A DNA stretch of 64,000 bases from Proteromonas lacertae (GCA_002245135.1 NGBS01000583.1:186001-250000); one strand, 5' to 3'; counted from the first letter of the stretch, positions 25,202 through 39,501 are shown. Made by a program: numbers and translations. Notes: generated by a model from the sequence alone, not told the origin.

Positions 25202-27070
25202 ATGGGCAATTCTTACACAACCGATAAAGTTCTTATCACTGAGCAAACTCCTATCGAACAAGTATATTTAGAATATGTAATATTTAGAAATATAAGTTAA
25301 TCAGTCAAACTACAAATACAAAAACTTACAAACTCAAATCAAAATGCTTTAACAAGATTAATATAATTAAAATTATTAAATTGGGCAAAAAGTCTTACTC
25401 TGATCTGTGTTTGTATAGTAGTCACATGCAAACTGTAAATTCTATCAATAATCAATATGTAACACCAGTAATAAACTCAAATATAGGCACAAATTCAATA
25501 GTATTACAAACTCCAGGATATAGTCACTCCTTAACCCCTATCCCTAAAAATACTGAGAATTATAATGATATAGTAATAAATTTTATTCTAGCTATGTCTA
25601 AACCGTTGATGGTATTTGATCAACTAAGAATTTTGCATGGAAACCTTAAACCAACTAATATATTCTTCAACGATGAAGGAGAAGTTGTTTTAACTGACTA
25701 TTGTTTGAATGATTTAAGATCTGTGAAAGATTTCACAACTGATTGTTCTTATTATTCACCTGAAGAACTATATAATGGAATAGTAAATGAGAAGAGTGAT
25801 ATATTTAGTTTTGGTTGTATATTATACTATATATTAAGTGGTGGAAATCGCTTATTCCATAACACAAGTGCTCGAAGTATAATAGATATCGAAAATCTAG
25901 AAATAAAAAAAGAATTAAAAATGTTATTAAAACGAATGTTAGAATATGATAGAAATAAACGATTAAATATAAATGAAATAATAAACGAAAGTAGTAAAAT
26001 GAATAATGTGAAATACATATTTGATTGGCGATTATATCATGATATTGTATTCAAAGTCAATAATCAATTAGATCTAATAGAAAATTCAATAGAAATGAGT
26101 GATAGAGATTATAACAACAAAATGGAAGAACAGTTATATAAAGTGATAAATAATTATAATATTACATTAAATGAGAAGTGTTTGAGTTATATTATTAATA
26201 TAATATGGCAGAATTATTCCTATGAACTATGGGATATGTTGGGAAGAGTATTTAACTTTCAAAAATCAATATTATTGAATAACAATAAAAGAGTTAATAT
26301 TGATTCAATAGTGTTTAATTCAATTCGTGAAGATTTTCATTTATGCTTAAATAAGAGAGGAATCTATGATAATGGATTAATATATGTTAGTAAATTACTT
26401 CCTGATTTAAATAATATATTAATTTTAAATATAAGTTCCAATTATATAACAGATTATGGATTGAAAGAATTATGTAAAATAATTACCTGTTTAAAGAATT
26501 TAGAGACATTTGATTTATCAAATAATGATATTAGTAGTAGTGGAATAATTAATATATTAAAACCAACTCTATATAAACTACCTAGTCTTTACAGATTAGA
26601 TATATCTCATAATCCAATTAATGATAATGGTCTAATATCATTATCGAAGTTTTATCTATTGTTATTACATCATTTACCTGATAGTGTAATTAGATTGTGT
26701 TTATCTGGAATGAGGCTAAGTAATAATGTAATGAACTTGATAAATTGTGATTTGAAATATTTGAAATATTTAACGAAATTGGAATTGGCTTTTAATGATA
26801 TTGATAATGATGGATTTAATGTGTTTAATGATATAAGTAAAGAATTCAAAGTGATTGAGACTATTGATTTTCAAGGCTAATCCAATTGATAGATCAGTTA
26901 TACCAATTGTACAGTCTATACTGGAGAAACATTTCACTTTGATTCAATTTTTCTTAGATTCTACCCAAATTACTCCTTATGATCTGAAACAGTTGGAAAT
27001 ATCATATCCCAATCGTACATTCGAACATGAAGTAGTTAAAATTCTTACATTAGATAGTTTAATATTTTAA
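25202..27070 (+). CDS. Pseudokinase-LRR protein with MGNS N-terminus (possible myristoylation)
   Basis: HGNLKPTNI, TDYC, YYSPE, SDIFSFGC, then RI-like LRRs (LETFDLSNNDI, LDISHNPI). Confidence 0.8.
25696..26045 (+). repeat. 350-bp tract near-identical to 27658-28007
   Basis: Direct comparison by eye shows one mismatch, while the flanks are diverged. Confidence 0.9.
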
Positions 27071-27160
27071 TTAACTTTTTTAATATTTTGGGGATTGATT
27101 TATGTGAAAATTTTGTTTGAAATAACCATAAATTTATTCTTTCTTTTTCTTTGATCAAAT

Positions 27161-28899
27161 ATAGGGAATTCTTGTCAGAGAGTACAACCAGAAGATAATT
27201 ACCTTTATAAACAATACGGAAATGTATAGATATTAATATAATATCATAGTCACTTCAATTGGTTAATAAAAATGAACCGTTTTCTACATACACATTATCA
27301 TCAGCATGTAATTATAAACAGAAAGGTTATAAAAACTATTGATACAGATAAACTATCACAAAAGTCAATAAAATGGTATTTTTCTTGTTTAAGTACTGTG
27401 AAAAACATGTTATTCGAACACTTTTACCCCAATTAAAATTGTATCATTCGATAATAATGTGATTGTTCAAGAAATGCCATATTATGTTCATAAATTATCT
27501 CCAGTATTTGAACTTAGTCCATTGATTTATGACTCAATATCAATGTTTATAGTTTCCATGTGTGAATCATTATTAGAATTACATTCAATCAATATTTATC
27601 ATGGAAACCTTAAACCAACAAATATCTTTTATAAAGGTAAAAAATTAATAATTTCTGGACTATTGTTTGAATGATTTAAGATCTGTGAAAGATTTCACAA
27701 CTGATTGTTCTTATTATTCACCTGAAGAACTATATAATGGAATAGTAAATGAGAAGAGTGATATATTTAGTTTTGGTTGTATATTATACTATATATTAAG
27801 TGGTGGAAATCGCTTATTCCATAACACAAGTGCTCGAAGTATAATAGATATCGAAAATCTAGAAATAAAAAAAGAATTAAAAATGTTATTAAAACGAATG
27901 TTAGAATATGATAGAAATAAACGATTAAATATAAATGAAATAATAAACGAAAGTAGTAAAATGAATAATGTGAAATACATATTTGACTGGCGATTATATC
28001 ATGATATGATGTTTAAAGTTCATAACGATTTGGAATTAATAGAAATAAATGAAAATGATCCAGAAATAGATGATAAAGAGTATGATGAAGAGATGAGAAA
28101 TATGATATGGAAAGTTATTGAAATATATAATAATTCGTTGGATATAAAGTGTTTGAGTTGTGTAATAAATGTTATATGGCAAAATTATTCATATAGTTTA
28201 TGGCAGATATTAATTGCTATGTTTAAATTTCATAAATTTGTGTATAGATGTGATGGTGATAGATATTTACTTGATTCTTTGATATTAAATTCAATTAAAG
28301 ATGGATATATGCTACAGTTATCAAGTATATAAGTATATTCTTAATTTTCGATAGATAAATGTTTAGATGATTCTGTTATTTTCTCATCTACTTATCTTTT
28401 ACATAATTTGCATTTATTACAGAGGTTTGATTATAGTCATAATTCAATGACAGATAATGGTTTAATACAGTTTTGTGAGATTTGTACATCATTTATTGAA
28501 TTAGTATCACTTGATTTGTCCTGTATTTTAAATTTATAAATATTATTTATAGTTAATTTAATAACATCCAATAGTATGGAAGTATTCTCAAATACATTAT
28601 CATCACTAACGGATTTAAAATGTTTAAATATCAATAATAATATAATTGGTGATAGTGGTTGTATGATACTTTCAAACTATTATTATATATTAATAAATAA
28701 TGAATTAAAAACACTTAATTTAAGTGGAATGGATTTGACAGATAATTTTGTGTATTTTTTAAGTCGTAATTTAAAAGATCTGTCGATGTTAGAAAAGTTG
28801 GATTTATCAGGAAATAAGATAACTGATTATGGAAGTAATATGCTTATGAAAGAAAAGAAAATGTTGAAATGTATAAATAGGTTAAATATAATATTCTAA
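27161..28899 (+). CDS. Tandem paralog pseudokinase-LRR; start position reads ATA (xGNSC) and there are frameshifts, so possibly a pseudogene
   Basis: HGNLKPTNI, shared 350-bp tract, IWQNYSY motif shared with the upstream paralog, LRRs. Confidence 0.7.
27658..28007 (+). repeat. 350-bp tract near-identical to 25696-26045
   Basis: Direct comparison, offset 1962 bp. Confidence 0.9.
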
Positions 28900-28929
28900 T
28901 TGCAATTTAATTAATTATTCTACTCCTAT

Positions 28930-29418
28930 TTATGTTAAATTGGATGGTCCAAATCCAAACGGGAGCAAATCTTTTATAGATTTGAAAATAAAATACTCAT
29001 TCTTACCTCCACATATCACTTCAATATCGCTATGATGTGGATTTACACACTCAAATTCGTATATCACCTGTCTACATACTCCACATGGCGTACATACTGC
29101 TTCTGTGAATTCTTGAGAATCATTACAAGAAACACAACAAACACGTTTTATATCTTCATCTGGATATTTACTATGCACATAAAACAGAGCTGTTCTCTCA
29201 CCACAAGAACATGTTGCATATGCTGCATTTTCTTGGTTACTTCCTTGATATATTTCTGAATTCTCTAACTCTACAGCAGCTCCTACATGAAAATGTGAAT
29301 ATGGACAATAAGAATGCTTTGTTGCTTCTTTTGCTTCTGTTACTACTTTCTTTTGTTCAACTGATAATTCATCGAAATTACATACTTTATAATTTATATT
29401 CAATGTAATGTCTTTCAT
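28930..29418 (-). CDS. cdd: Cytidine deaminase (tetrameric type), intronless, Bacteroidota-like
   Basis: PYSHFHVGAA, GSNQENAAY, CGERTALF, PCGVCRQVI, DLLPFGF. Confidence 0.92.
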   Translation of the reverse strand: MKDITLNINYKVCNFDELSVEQKKVVTEAKEATKHSYCPYSHFHVGAAVELENSEIYQGSNQENAAYATCSCGERTALFYVHSKYPDEDIKRVCCVSCNDSQEFTEAVCTPCGVCRQVIYEFECVNPHHSDIEVICGGKNEYFIFKSIKDLLPFGFGPSNLT

Positions 29419-29599
29419 AGTTATCGAATAAAAGAAAAAAATAATTCTTAAAATATAGTCGTTTCAGAATTCTTTTTTTAAGAATATTTCATGCTTATAT
29501 TAATTATTTACCGTTTATAATTATTGTGTATGTATTATTATGCAATAGAGAAATGCTTATTATGATTTATTTTCATCATCAAATGTAACTTATTATCAA

Positions 29600-30095
29600 C
29601 TTTAGTATAGAAACACTAATGCAGATGATAATTATTATTAATTGATAATGATGATGTAATTTTTATTATGAAAAGCTAGAAAAGATTGAATTAAAATATG
29701 ATGATAAAGTAAAATACACATTCTTATTCATTCCAGTAGGTGATAATATCATAATAACAGTTGAACACGATTAACTAAAAGGAATAAAACTTGATCCAAA
29801 TACAGGAGAAATATTTGTAAAGCAGATTCAGAATTCCTGGATACTGTTGATGAAAAAGGTGGAAAAGAAGTGTTAATAGAATGTGAAAGGAATGAAAAAG
29901 TAGAAAATAAGTAGTGGAGCAATAGTAAAAATAGCAGTTGGATCTGTAGCAGCACGAATATTTGTGATTGTGTCGGTGTTTTGTTTTTTACTCAGAACTG
30001 GTATTTTTACCAAAAGAACAAAACCAATATCAACATTGAATAGAGGAGGAGTGAGAGTTCCAGAAAAAAAAGTAGTTGAAGGTGTTAGAATATAA
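29600..30095 (+). pseudogene. Degraded remnant of a He_PIG-type TM surface protein gene
   Basis: Fragments in different frames with stops: LKGIKLDPNTGEIF and a TM plus tail GAIVKIAVGSVAARIFVIVSVFCFLLRTG...VEGVRI*. Confidence 0.5.
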
Positions 30096-30280
30096 ATTGA
30101 TGTTATTTGATTGTTGCTATTATATTTTTTGTTGTTAATCACTATCATCCTATCCATTAAATACTAATTATATCACATTTTTATTTATCTATTAATGTTT
30201 ATGAAACGAAAATGAAATTATTGAAACGACTATATTTGTGTATTTAGCTTGTGCTAAAAGTTAAGAATTTCTATTAACAG

Positions 30281-33200
30281 ATGAGTTCTATTGTTGAAAA
30301 TATACTATCCACAATATTACCATCAGATTGTGAAGTATTATGTATAAAATATTATATTTAGATAAATGAGAGAGTATACAAAGGTTGTGACGAAGTAGAT
30401 TTGAATATTCAACAAGAAAACGGAATAAAAAAGATGAAAATCCTAAATATAAGTAGAATAAAAGAAAGTGATATATTACATTTCATCAAGAATAACTCAT
30501 TGTTGTTGGAAAGTTGTACATCGTTGATTTTGCCTACTAAAATATGTCATATGAATAATTATAGTGAATATATGTTTTTGGAAAGAGAATACTACTCTAA
30601 AGATTTAGAAGAGATAATTCAAAGTAACACATTTTCAAATAATGATATTTGTAATGTAGTATGTTCAATATGTAATATTCTAATGATATTGGATGAATTT
30701 GGTTTAGTGATAAAGAATTTAAAGAGTAGTAATGTTGTGATAGAGAATGATGATGAAATAAAGCTATGTGATTTATTCCTAAATAAATTAAGAACAGAAT
30801 GTGTAAATGTCATATATGAAATAAATTTTGTTAGTTCTGAAGAGTTAAATGGGTTAGAATGTAATGATCGAAGTGTGATATGGTCAATTGGTTGTATAGT
30901 ATATGAGATGATAAACAAGAAATTACCATTTAATGATGATAATAATATCAGTAAAATTCTGAACAATATCCTGAAATGTAAATACATTTTAAATAAAGAT
31001 TGTGATGATTTAATGAAAGAAATGATAGAGGAAATGTTACAAGTTAAGAGTGAAGATAGAATAAGTTTGAAAGAGTTGAAAAAAGAAATGACAAAAATAA
31101 GTGAGATATTGAGAGACAATTATAATAATTTGATGATATGTAAAGAAAGAAAAGAGATATTACCAAATAATGATATAATGACTCTTGAAATTTTATATCC
31201 ATCAGAATATTATCTTGATAGTTATAAGTGGTATTTACATCTAAATGAATTGATAGAATCTTACAATAATAACCCAAATGAAAGAATACTATCAATATTA
31301 TTGATAATGAAATTATATATAATGAAGGAAGAAGAGTGAATTATGTTTATATTATCTATAACGAAAATAGCATGAATCAATCAACAGTAGAAAAGCTTCA
31401 GTTTAAGATTAGTCACAAATGCGAATATGATAAAGAGTATAAGCTGGATGAAATGATATTCAATGTTTATGTTGATATTGAAGATAGAATAATAAAAGCG
31501 CATTCAGATAGTTTATGTTTATGTGAAGAAGGTATGAATTATTTCTTCAGAATAATGAAACTTATTAAACCAACAAAACTTTCATTTTGTATAATTCCTA
31601 TAATTTATATATGAGTAGTTGATGATTGTAAAAAATTTACTATTCCAATCCAGCATCAAACATTATTTGGATCATTATTTGCGCAATTATCTAACCTTAT
31701 AACATTATTATTATGTAAATGTGATCTTACTCATCATTTCGTTGAATCATTTGTTAAATCAATTACATTAATGAAATTAAAGCATGTAGATCTTTCATGT
31801 ATTTATTATCTATAATATATTATATTGAAATAGCAAATCCTATTGGTCCATATGGCTTTAAACTGCTATTGCCACATTTACATTTATTTATAAGTGAGAA
31901 TAATGAATTAAATTTCTATGGAATGGATTTAAATGATGAATCAATAGTATTATTATCAGAAGCATTATATAAATATCCAAATCTTGAGAAAATAGATATT
32001 ACATTTAATCCTAACATTCATTCATGTGGATTAAAAGCATTATTCTCTAAATTCCCTATTTCAAAAGTTATGTTTAATTTTAACAATAGTAAAGAATTGT
32101 TAATTGATAAAAATATTCCTGAATTAATCAAATATATAAAATGTTTCGATAAATTAAATCTGAATGATTTAGAAATAGATGATAATTTTTTCAAATCCTT
32201 CATTTCTTTAAGAAAAAATGAATTAAGAGAAATAAAGATGCTAGACTTAAAAAGTATAAAATTCTATTATTATTCTGTATAGATAATAAGCTAACCTATA
32301 GAAGTATTGCAGTATTCATTAACAAGATGTCTTCATATAAAAGGCTAAATTTTATCCAATTGAATGGAAATAACATAGGTGATTTAGGAATGGAATTATT
32401 ATCTCCACATTTGAGATTATTGAAGGATTATAACAATAAAATTAACTGTGAAAGTATAACAATTGTTGTTGTTATTATATATTCTATAGAAATGGTTTAT
32501 CTTCAATCGGAATAAAATATTTTGTAGATGGTATAAAGTATATGCAAGGAAAGGTTAGAGAAATTGATATAAGTAATAATAACATTGATTCAGATGGAAT
32601 AGGTTATTTGATGAATTGTGTGGAAGAAATAAGAGTATTAGATTGTTATACATTCATGGTATTTTAGATTATTATTCTCTCTATAGACAATCCAATTGGA
32701 AATGATGGATTTAAACAATTATTAAACAATTTGGATGTGTTGATTGATTATTATGGAATGGATTTGAGTAACATAGCAATAGATGATGAGAGTGTAATAA
32801 TGTTAGCAAATAAGATAGATTCAATAAGAGGTTGTTGTAAATCGATAAATCTAAATTCTAACCATATAGGATTAAATGGATTAAAAGCAATATATAATAA
32901 ATCATTAAAAAATGAGAAATACCTCCATATAGATATTAAATGTGAATCATGGACAAATGAAGAATTGAATTGCTTTTTAATTTATTGTATTAAAAAGAAA
33001 AGAGAAAGATGTTATAGAAGTTATGATTTTTCTAGTATAAGTTTTAATTTTTAGTTTAATAGATATGAATATTAACGATTCACATATTTCATTAATAAAA
33101 CAAATTAAATATGAAAATCTTGATTTATTCAATAATCAAATTACTTATAAAGGTTTTAATGAATTGATTTATTCATTATCAGTTTATCCTAACAGAATTT

Positions 33201-33590
33201 CAATATATAATAATCCAATTGGAGATAAAGGGATAGAGATTATATGTAATAATTTTCATAAGTTGTACTTTAATTCAGCATTATTAAATTTATCAAGTAT
33301 TTTATTTATATAATATCATTTTTATTATGTGAATAGATATTGGAATGAGTGAAAAAGGATTAAAAATGTTGATAGAAAGATTAAAAGATAATAAACCATT
33401 AAGATATCTATATCTATCAGGAAATGAATTAGATGAAAGAGAATTAAGATTGATGAAAGTAAACGCAGAAGTTTTTAATAATTTAGAAGAATTATCGATA
33501 ACAGTAAAAGAGAATATAGATAAATCAGAATTAAAATCATTTCTAGAAACATTTTCAACAATTGGAACAATCAAAATAGATGGAATTTGA
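30281..33590 (+). CDS. Pseudokinase plus long RI-like LRR protein, multi-intron
   Basis: IKNLKSSNV, LCDLF, SVIWSIGC; repeated NPIG/NNIG LRR units. Confidence 0.75.
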
Positions 33591-33595
33591 TTGTT

Positions 33596-35450
33596 TTAAG
33601 TGATAGAAAAATAATCCAAGATGCTGAGAAACAAAGAACATTATCCAAAAAGAAATAATTTATTATTTTTGTTCTTTATGATTATTTGTGAATTGAAAAA
33701 CAAAACAAATACAATATATCAGTGATAGAAATTCACTATTTATGGAATATTTATGTTGTTTATAACATTGATGCTTGTTCTGTACAAGCTATTCCATAAT
33801 ATCCTTCGAAACAAGTGCATGTTCCTGTTGTTCTATCACATAAGCCATTTCTACTACATTCTAATGGAGGAATTCCATCTACTTCAGCAATTATTGGATT
33901 AGTATATTGAAGTGGAGTATGAAAACCTTCTTTATCAATTTCAGCTTTCTTTCTTTTATCAGTTAATTCACCTGCAGCATCTAAATATAACTGATCAATT
34001 GTCATTCCATGATATCCACTTCCACAATCACCACACCATTCTGCACCTTGTGTTTTTCCATCTAATTCTTTAGATGTGATAATTCTGATTGGATTTTGTT
34101 TTCCAGTTTGTTGATTTCCAAAGTTGATTGTGGCTGTTATTTTATAATCAGTAGCACCACTATATTTAACATCAACTTTACTAACATCAATAACACCAAC
34201 TGGTAAACTATAAATTGCATCTTCCCAACCTAAAATTAAACCTTGACCATCACCATCAGTAGTAGAACCACATAAACCATAATTTGCGGTTTTATCTCCT
34301 TTACTTTGACATGTTACACAAAATGCATCACTATACCAAATTCGATTGAATTGATCTGTATATTCTAAATAAGCCATACAGTCTTTTGCTGTTGGTGTTG
34401 GTGAAACTGTTGTGTCTTGTGTTATTGTAATAGTTTGTGTTGATTTGGATGGACTATCACAATCACTATTCTCTACATAACCACTTGGACATTTCTTTTC
34501 ACTACAGTCAAATCCACGATATTCTCCATCACAAACACAAACATAACTATTATCAGCATCCCAACCATTATAATCACTCTTTTGATCTTTACTACTATCA
34601 ATTCTTTCTAAAGCACTTTCATAGAAACTTCCACTGTGACTGTCTTCATTCAATCCTAACATCTTTACAGATGTACAAACTCCATGACCATTACAGTTGT
34701 TTGGACAACTTAATCTGTCACAACTTACTCCTTCAAAACCACCAAAACATTTACAAACACCACTTGTTCTGTCACAACTACCTTGTCCACTACATTCTAA
34801 ACTTGCTCTGTTTGGTAATGAAGCATAGTTATCTGGAGCTTGAGTTGGATCAACATAACTATGACCATAAGGACAGCTTCCTATTCAAATATTATCATTT
34901 TTATAAATATACTGCTACTGCAATCACCTTCTAACCACCCTGGGAAGCAACTACAAACTCCTCCTTTACCACAACTTCCATGACCACTACACATGTTTGG
35001 ACATGAGGCAGCCATCAAATAATTCACCAATAATAAGCAAATTACTGATTTCTTTATCTCAAATCGCATTTTTATGAAAATTACTTAATTCAAAGAAGAT
35101 CTTTCAAACTATTTTGAAAATATCCAATTAAACTATTCTTTATACTCTAATTGTTATTCTTATTGGTTATCTGAGTTATTTTTGATTAGTATCCAATCAA
35201 AAAATGATTTTAAATATTTTGAAGTTTCAAAATATTAATCCGTTTCAATTGAATATTTTGATTGTCAATATCTCATCAAATACTCATTATTTTGTTATTT
35301 TATAACTCAACATAAACAATTACAACACAAAAAACAAAATTTATTTATATTTACACTGGACCATTAACTATATTCTTGAATTCGATCCATTTACCATCAA
35401 ATGTCTGTTTATATATCCTTATATGATTGTCATCAAAAGAAGCATATATT
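33596..35450. repeat. Segmental duplication copy A (direct repeat of 41655-43539)
   Basis: Contains the last codons of EFL1, the whole EGF gene with its upstream region, and the last codons of the Seh1-like gene. Confidence 0.95.
33760..35069 (-). CDS. Secreted EGF-repeat protein, stramenopile mastigoneme (Sig1/Ocm1)-like, copy A; 1 intron
   Basis: Signal peptide, CPNMCSGHGSC, ECSGQGSCDRTSGVCKC, WDA..YVCVCD, terminal ECSRNGLCDRTTGTCTCFEGYYGIAC. Confidence 0.8.
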
Positions 35451-38400
35451 TTAAATTCCCTTTTCAAATATATCTTTCAAAAATAACCTCAACTTTACTG
35501 ATAAATCTATAAACGGATTTCTATATTTATACACACTTAATACAATTATTCCCTCTAAAAACTCACTATAATTAATTTGATTCTCTTCCAATGCTTCAGC
35601 AATTGGGCCAATATAACACTTTCCTCCTTGTATTTCATAAAATATTCTATTTAATTCATTTTCATTCATACACTCGTTTAGTCTATAATCTAAAATGAAC
35701 TTATTCCATTCATTTTCTTTCAAGATTCTCATTTGACTATTATATAAACATATAATATATAAATACGATGGAATATCTAAATTATCATTTTTGTTCATAA
35801 CACAATACCTTTCATATAAGTTCAACAAGTTTAAACTATTCATTTCCAACTCTTTTTGAATGAAAGGATGTAGTATTTGTTGTCTAAAATCATTAATATC
35901 ACTACTATGACTATATCCAATCAAATCGCGGTATAATAACATTGAGAAGCTTGATAGTAAGTTTTCTTCTGGATATTTTAAATGTGAAATTCTTATTAAT
36001 ATTTCTGTGAATTGTTCAGGTGAAAAATACATTCTTTTCTTTTCATTCTCTTTATTTGTCTTGTTTTTATTATCAAGCGGAACTATACAATAGACATATA
36101 TATAAATATACTAAAATCTCCTTTATAACAAATTCCTCTTCTAATAATCGACCAAATTTGATTCAAATTAACATCACCACCATTATTTAAAATATTACTA
36201 TCTTTTATTAATTTAATTAATCCATAATTATTCAATAACTTTTCATTTCTATAATATCTATATAAATCCTGTAAAGCAACTTCATTATATTCGATTTCCT
36301 TTTCTAAGTCATTCACTTCAGTTATATCACTCAATAAATCTAAACATTTTACACCAGCTTCAACACCAAATGCTTTTCTTTTTCTTCTTACATTTTTTGT
36401 CAATGGTTTTTCATCTTTCATTACTCTTTTCATTTCAAATGCAAATATTGGATATGATTTTCTTAATGCCTCTTTTCCTAATAATCTCCACATTTCCTTT
36501 TCTACTTCATTGTATAATTCACTATATCTACTTCCTTTTTCTCTCATTTCCAATATTGAATCATGCATATTAGCAACTAATTTATCACAAAAACCAATAA
36601 TTCTTCGAAATTCATCTCTTATTAAGGTATAACTATTAAAATATTAATAGTTAAATATATATATATATACTTATGTTGGTTAAAAGCTAATTCTAAATGT
36701 TTATCTTCTAAAAGTTGAAACATTTGAGAATATAATAATATTGATGGTATAATCTTGGGAATTATATTATTAGCTTTATTCTCTTCAATACTCCAGAAAT
36801 CCTCCATTATTGTCATTGGTGGTGGATGTTTAATTAATTCTTCACTACTTTCACCCATACATTCCAAAATATCAAATAATCTCTTTTGACTAACTGATTG
36901 GATTGGTGTAATATCATAATTTGGATATGTTAGGAATAATCTACAAATACTACTCCATATTAATAAAGGATTTGGACTATGAAAATCTATTGGTTCTAAA
37001 TGATGTGAAAATTCTGATATTTCATTATTCCCATCCTTCATTATAAATCGCTTTGGATCTATTGTATTCTTCCATATATTATTCATTGTGTTACAGACTA
37101 CATCAATTCTTTCATCATCTCCTGCTGGTTTTAAATCCTCAGGAATTACTATTGAATAGAATAATAAAAAATATATAATAATATAAATTATACATCCAAT
37201 TGAATGTAGAGCTATTTCTAAATTAATACATAATAAATAAGCTCTATCTCTTGAATGTGCATCAATGAACTGAATATGTGAAAGGTTTGATTTATTCTCA
37301 AATGACATTAGCCATAATTTGATTGAATCTGTAATTGGAGTTGTATCATTTATATTACATAAAGATAAATTCTATAAATAAATATAACACACTATTAAAT
37401 ATACTTGATATCTTAATGCTTCAAAGTTCTCTTTATATTGAACTAAATCTGGATAATATGAGACAATCTATTTCACAGTATATAAACAATCATAATAATA
37501 TACTTTAATCACATTTGACACAACTCTATTAAATATTAAAGTAGTAAGACATCCAACATCACTAAAGGTTCTTATAGTTTTCAATGTCAAATCATGTCTT
37601 GTATTTTCTCTAATTTTCAGTTCCTTTGACAATTGTTCAATGTATCTCATTTCACTCATTTCCATTCTTCTTCTTGTCTCCATTGTAGCAATATATTCAC
37701 TACATAATTCATCTCTTCTTTGATAATTCTTTTGCATTGTTTCTGGATGATCTCTTATCATTTGTTTTGTTAGTTGGATTTGCCTTTCACAATACACTAA
37801 TAAATAATAATAACATTTTATAAATTTATACAATCATAACCTGGTCTTGATGCTCTTCTCCAAGCAACAAAATTCTTATGTTTAACATCATATTCATTTA
37901 TTGGTAAATAGGAAATAACTGCTAATTTGTACCATTGTTTCACTCTTGCTTCATGCTAATTAATAAATAAATAGATAAAATAATAAATACTTGTGATAAT
38001 CGATAATCTTGTAATGCCATTATTATTAATCTTTCTGTTGTACATTCCCACATTTTCTTAGCATACATTACACTTGCAATATCTCTTTTCAATTCTTCTT
38101 TTAAATTATTCACTTCTTCTATTAAATATGCTATTCTATCTCTTATTTTGTTGTTATTATTCATATTATCTTCAATTATCATATAATAGGGAGTACAATG
38201 AATTAATCTACTTAATAAACCACCTAAGTTCAATTTCAATCCTTTATTCACTAATAATGGAATAATTTCATCTTCAAGATCACAATAAATTGCTTTTAAT
38301 AACTCTAAAAACAGTATTTCAAATGGCCTTTGATATTTTGCTATATATAATAATAATAATAACTATACGTTTTAGTGTATGAATAATCATCCATAATAAA

Positions 38401-39501
38401 TCAAATGATAATGCAGTAACAAGTATATTTGGTGATTCTTTACAAAATCGATGTGCTTCGTGTATTTTTACTGGTCCTAAGGATATACATGATTTAAAAC
38501 TTCTAACATCCATTGTATATTGCTCACAGAATTGAATTAACGATTTTGGTACAATATGAGAAATAGAAAGTGGTAATGTTGATAATCGATCTTTATCTTC
38601 TTTTGTTAAAGTACTTCCTATACCTTTATCAGTAGAATATTTATTCTCAAAATAACTGCAATCATATAATTTCTCATCTTCTTCTCTTTCTTTATCTTTT
38701 TTGGTGAAATAATAGTAATTCTTCTTTTCAGAGAGTAATTGTATCTCTTTCTCAATATCAATTGATTCTGTTAAGGGAATTGGGATATTGTTCTTATTTA
38801 CCCATTTTCTTAATCTTCCATTCCATACTCTATCTTTCTTAAATTCTTCAGAATCTATTTCTGATATTACTGGTGAATGACTCATTGTGAAATCAGATTC
38901 TGCAAATTGGTTTGATATACTTGCATTTAATGAATCAGATGAATCAAAATTCTTTATTTCATCACTTTTATTGTTATTTTGTTGCTGTTTTGTTGGTATC
39001 ATTATACTCACACTGTTGGATCTTCTTCTATTTGTACTTATGGGAGTTGTAACTCGATGAATTCTTGCTGATATTGGTCGACTGTTTTGTTTTTCACTTC
39101 TATTCTTCATTACTTGTGTAAAAGACTGTATTGGTGGATGAGGTGTTGGAATTGATCGAGTATTGCGTTTATAGGAAGGTGAGGCAGACTGAGGTCTTTG
39201 TTTTTGAGGTAATGAGATTTTGGGAGTTTCTGAGGCAGATCCAAATGCTTGTAATTTCCTTGAATAGGACATAGAACGAAATGCTAAATTCAATGCCATT
39301 TCATTCTGAGGTTTTTCTGGTAGCAAAGACACAGTTGTTGGTATTTGACTAGAACCCCAGAATTTCTTATTTTTCACTAATATTTCAACATCTCTACTTC
39401 ATAGAATGATATTTATACCCTGCTTTCATCCTCATTTGTTGAATTCGTTGAATACTTTCTGTAGCACTTCTCTGTTTGTTCCTTTGATTTACAGAAGACA
39501 T
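35451..39501 (-). CDS. Large hypothetical protein: disordered N-terminus, coiled coil, C-terminal EF-hand-like helices; multi-intron
   Basis: Minus-strand ORFs linked by short GT-AG introns; QINYSEFLEGI and FSPEQFTEILIRI. Confidence 0.6.

Noticed and set aside
33596..35454. TTAA at both duplication junctions suggesting a piggyBac element
   Set aside because: No terminal inverted repeats or transposase; TTAA is very common at this AT content and the left copy is shared with the donor
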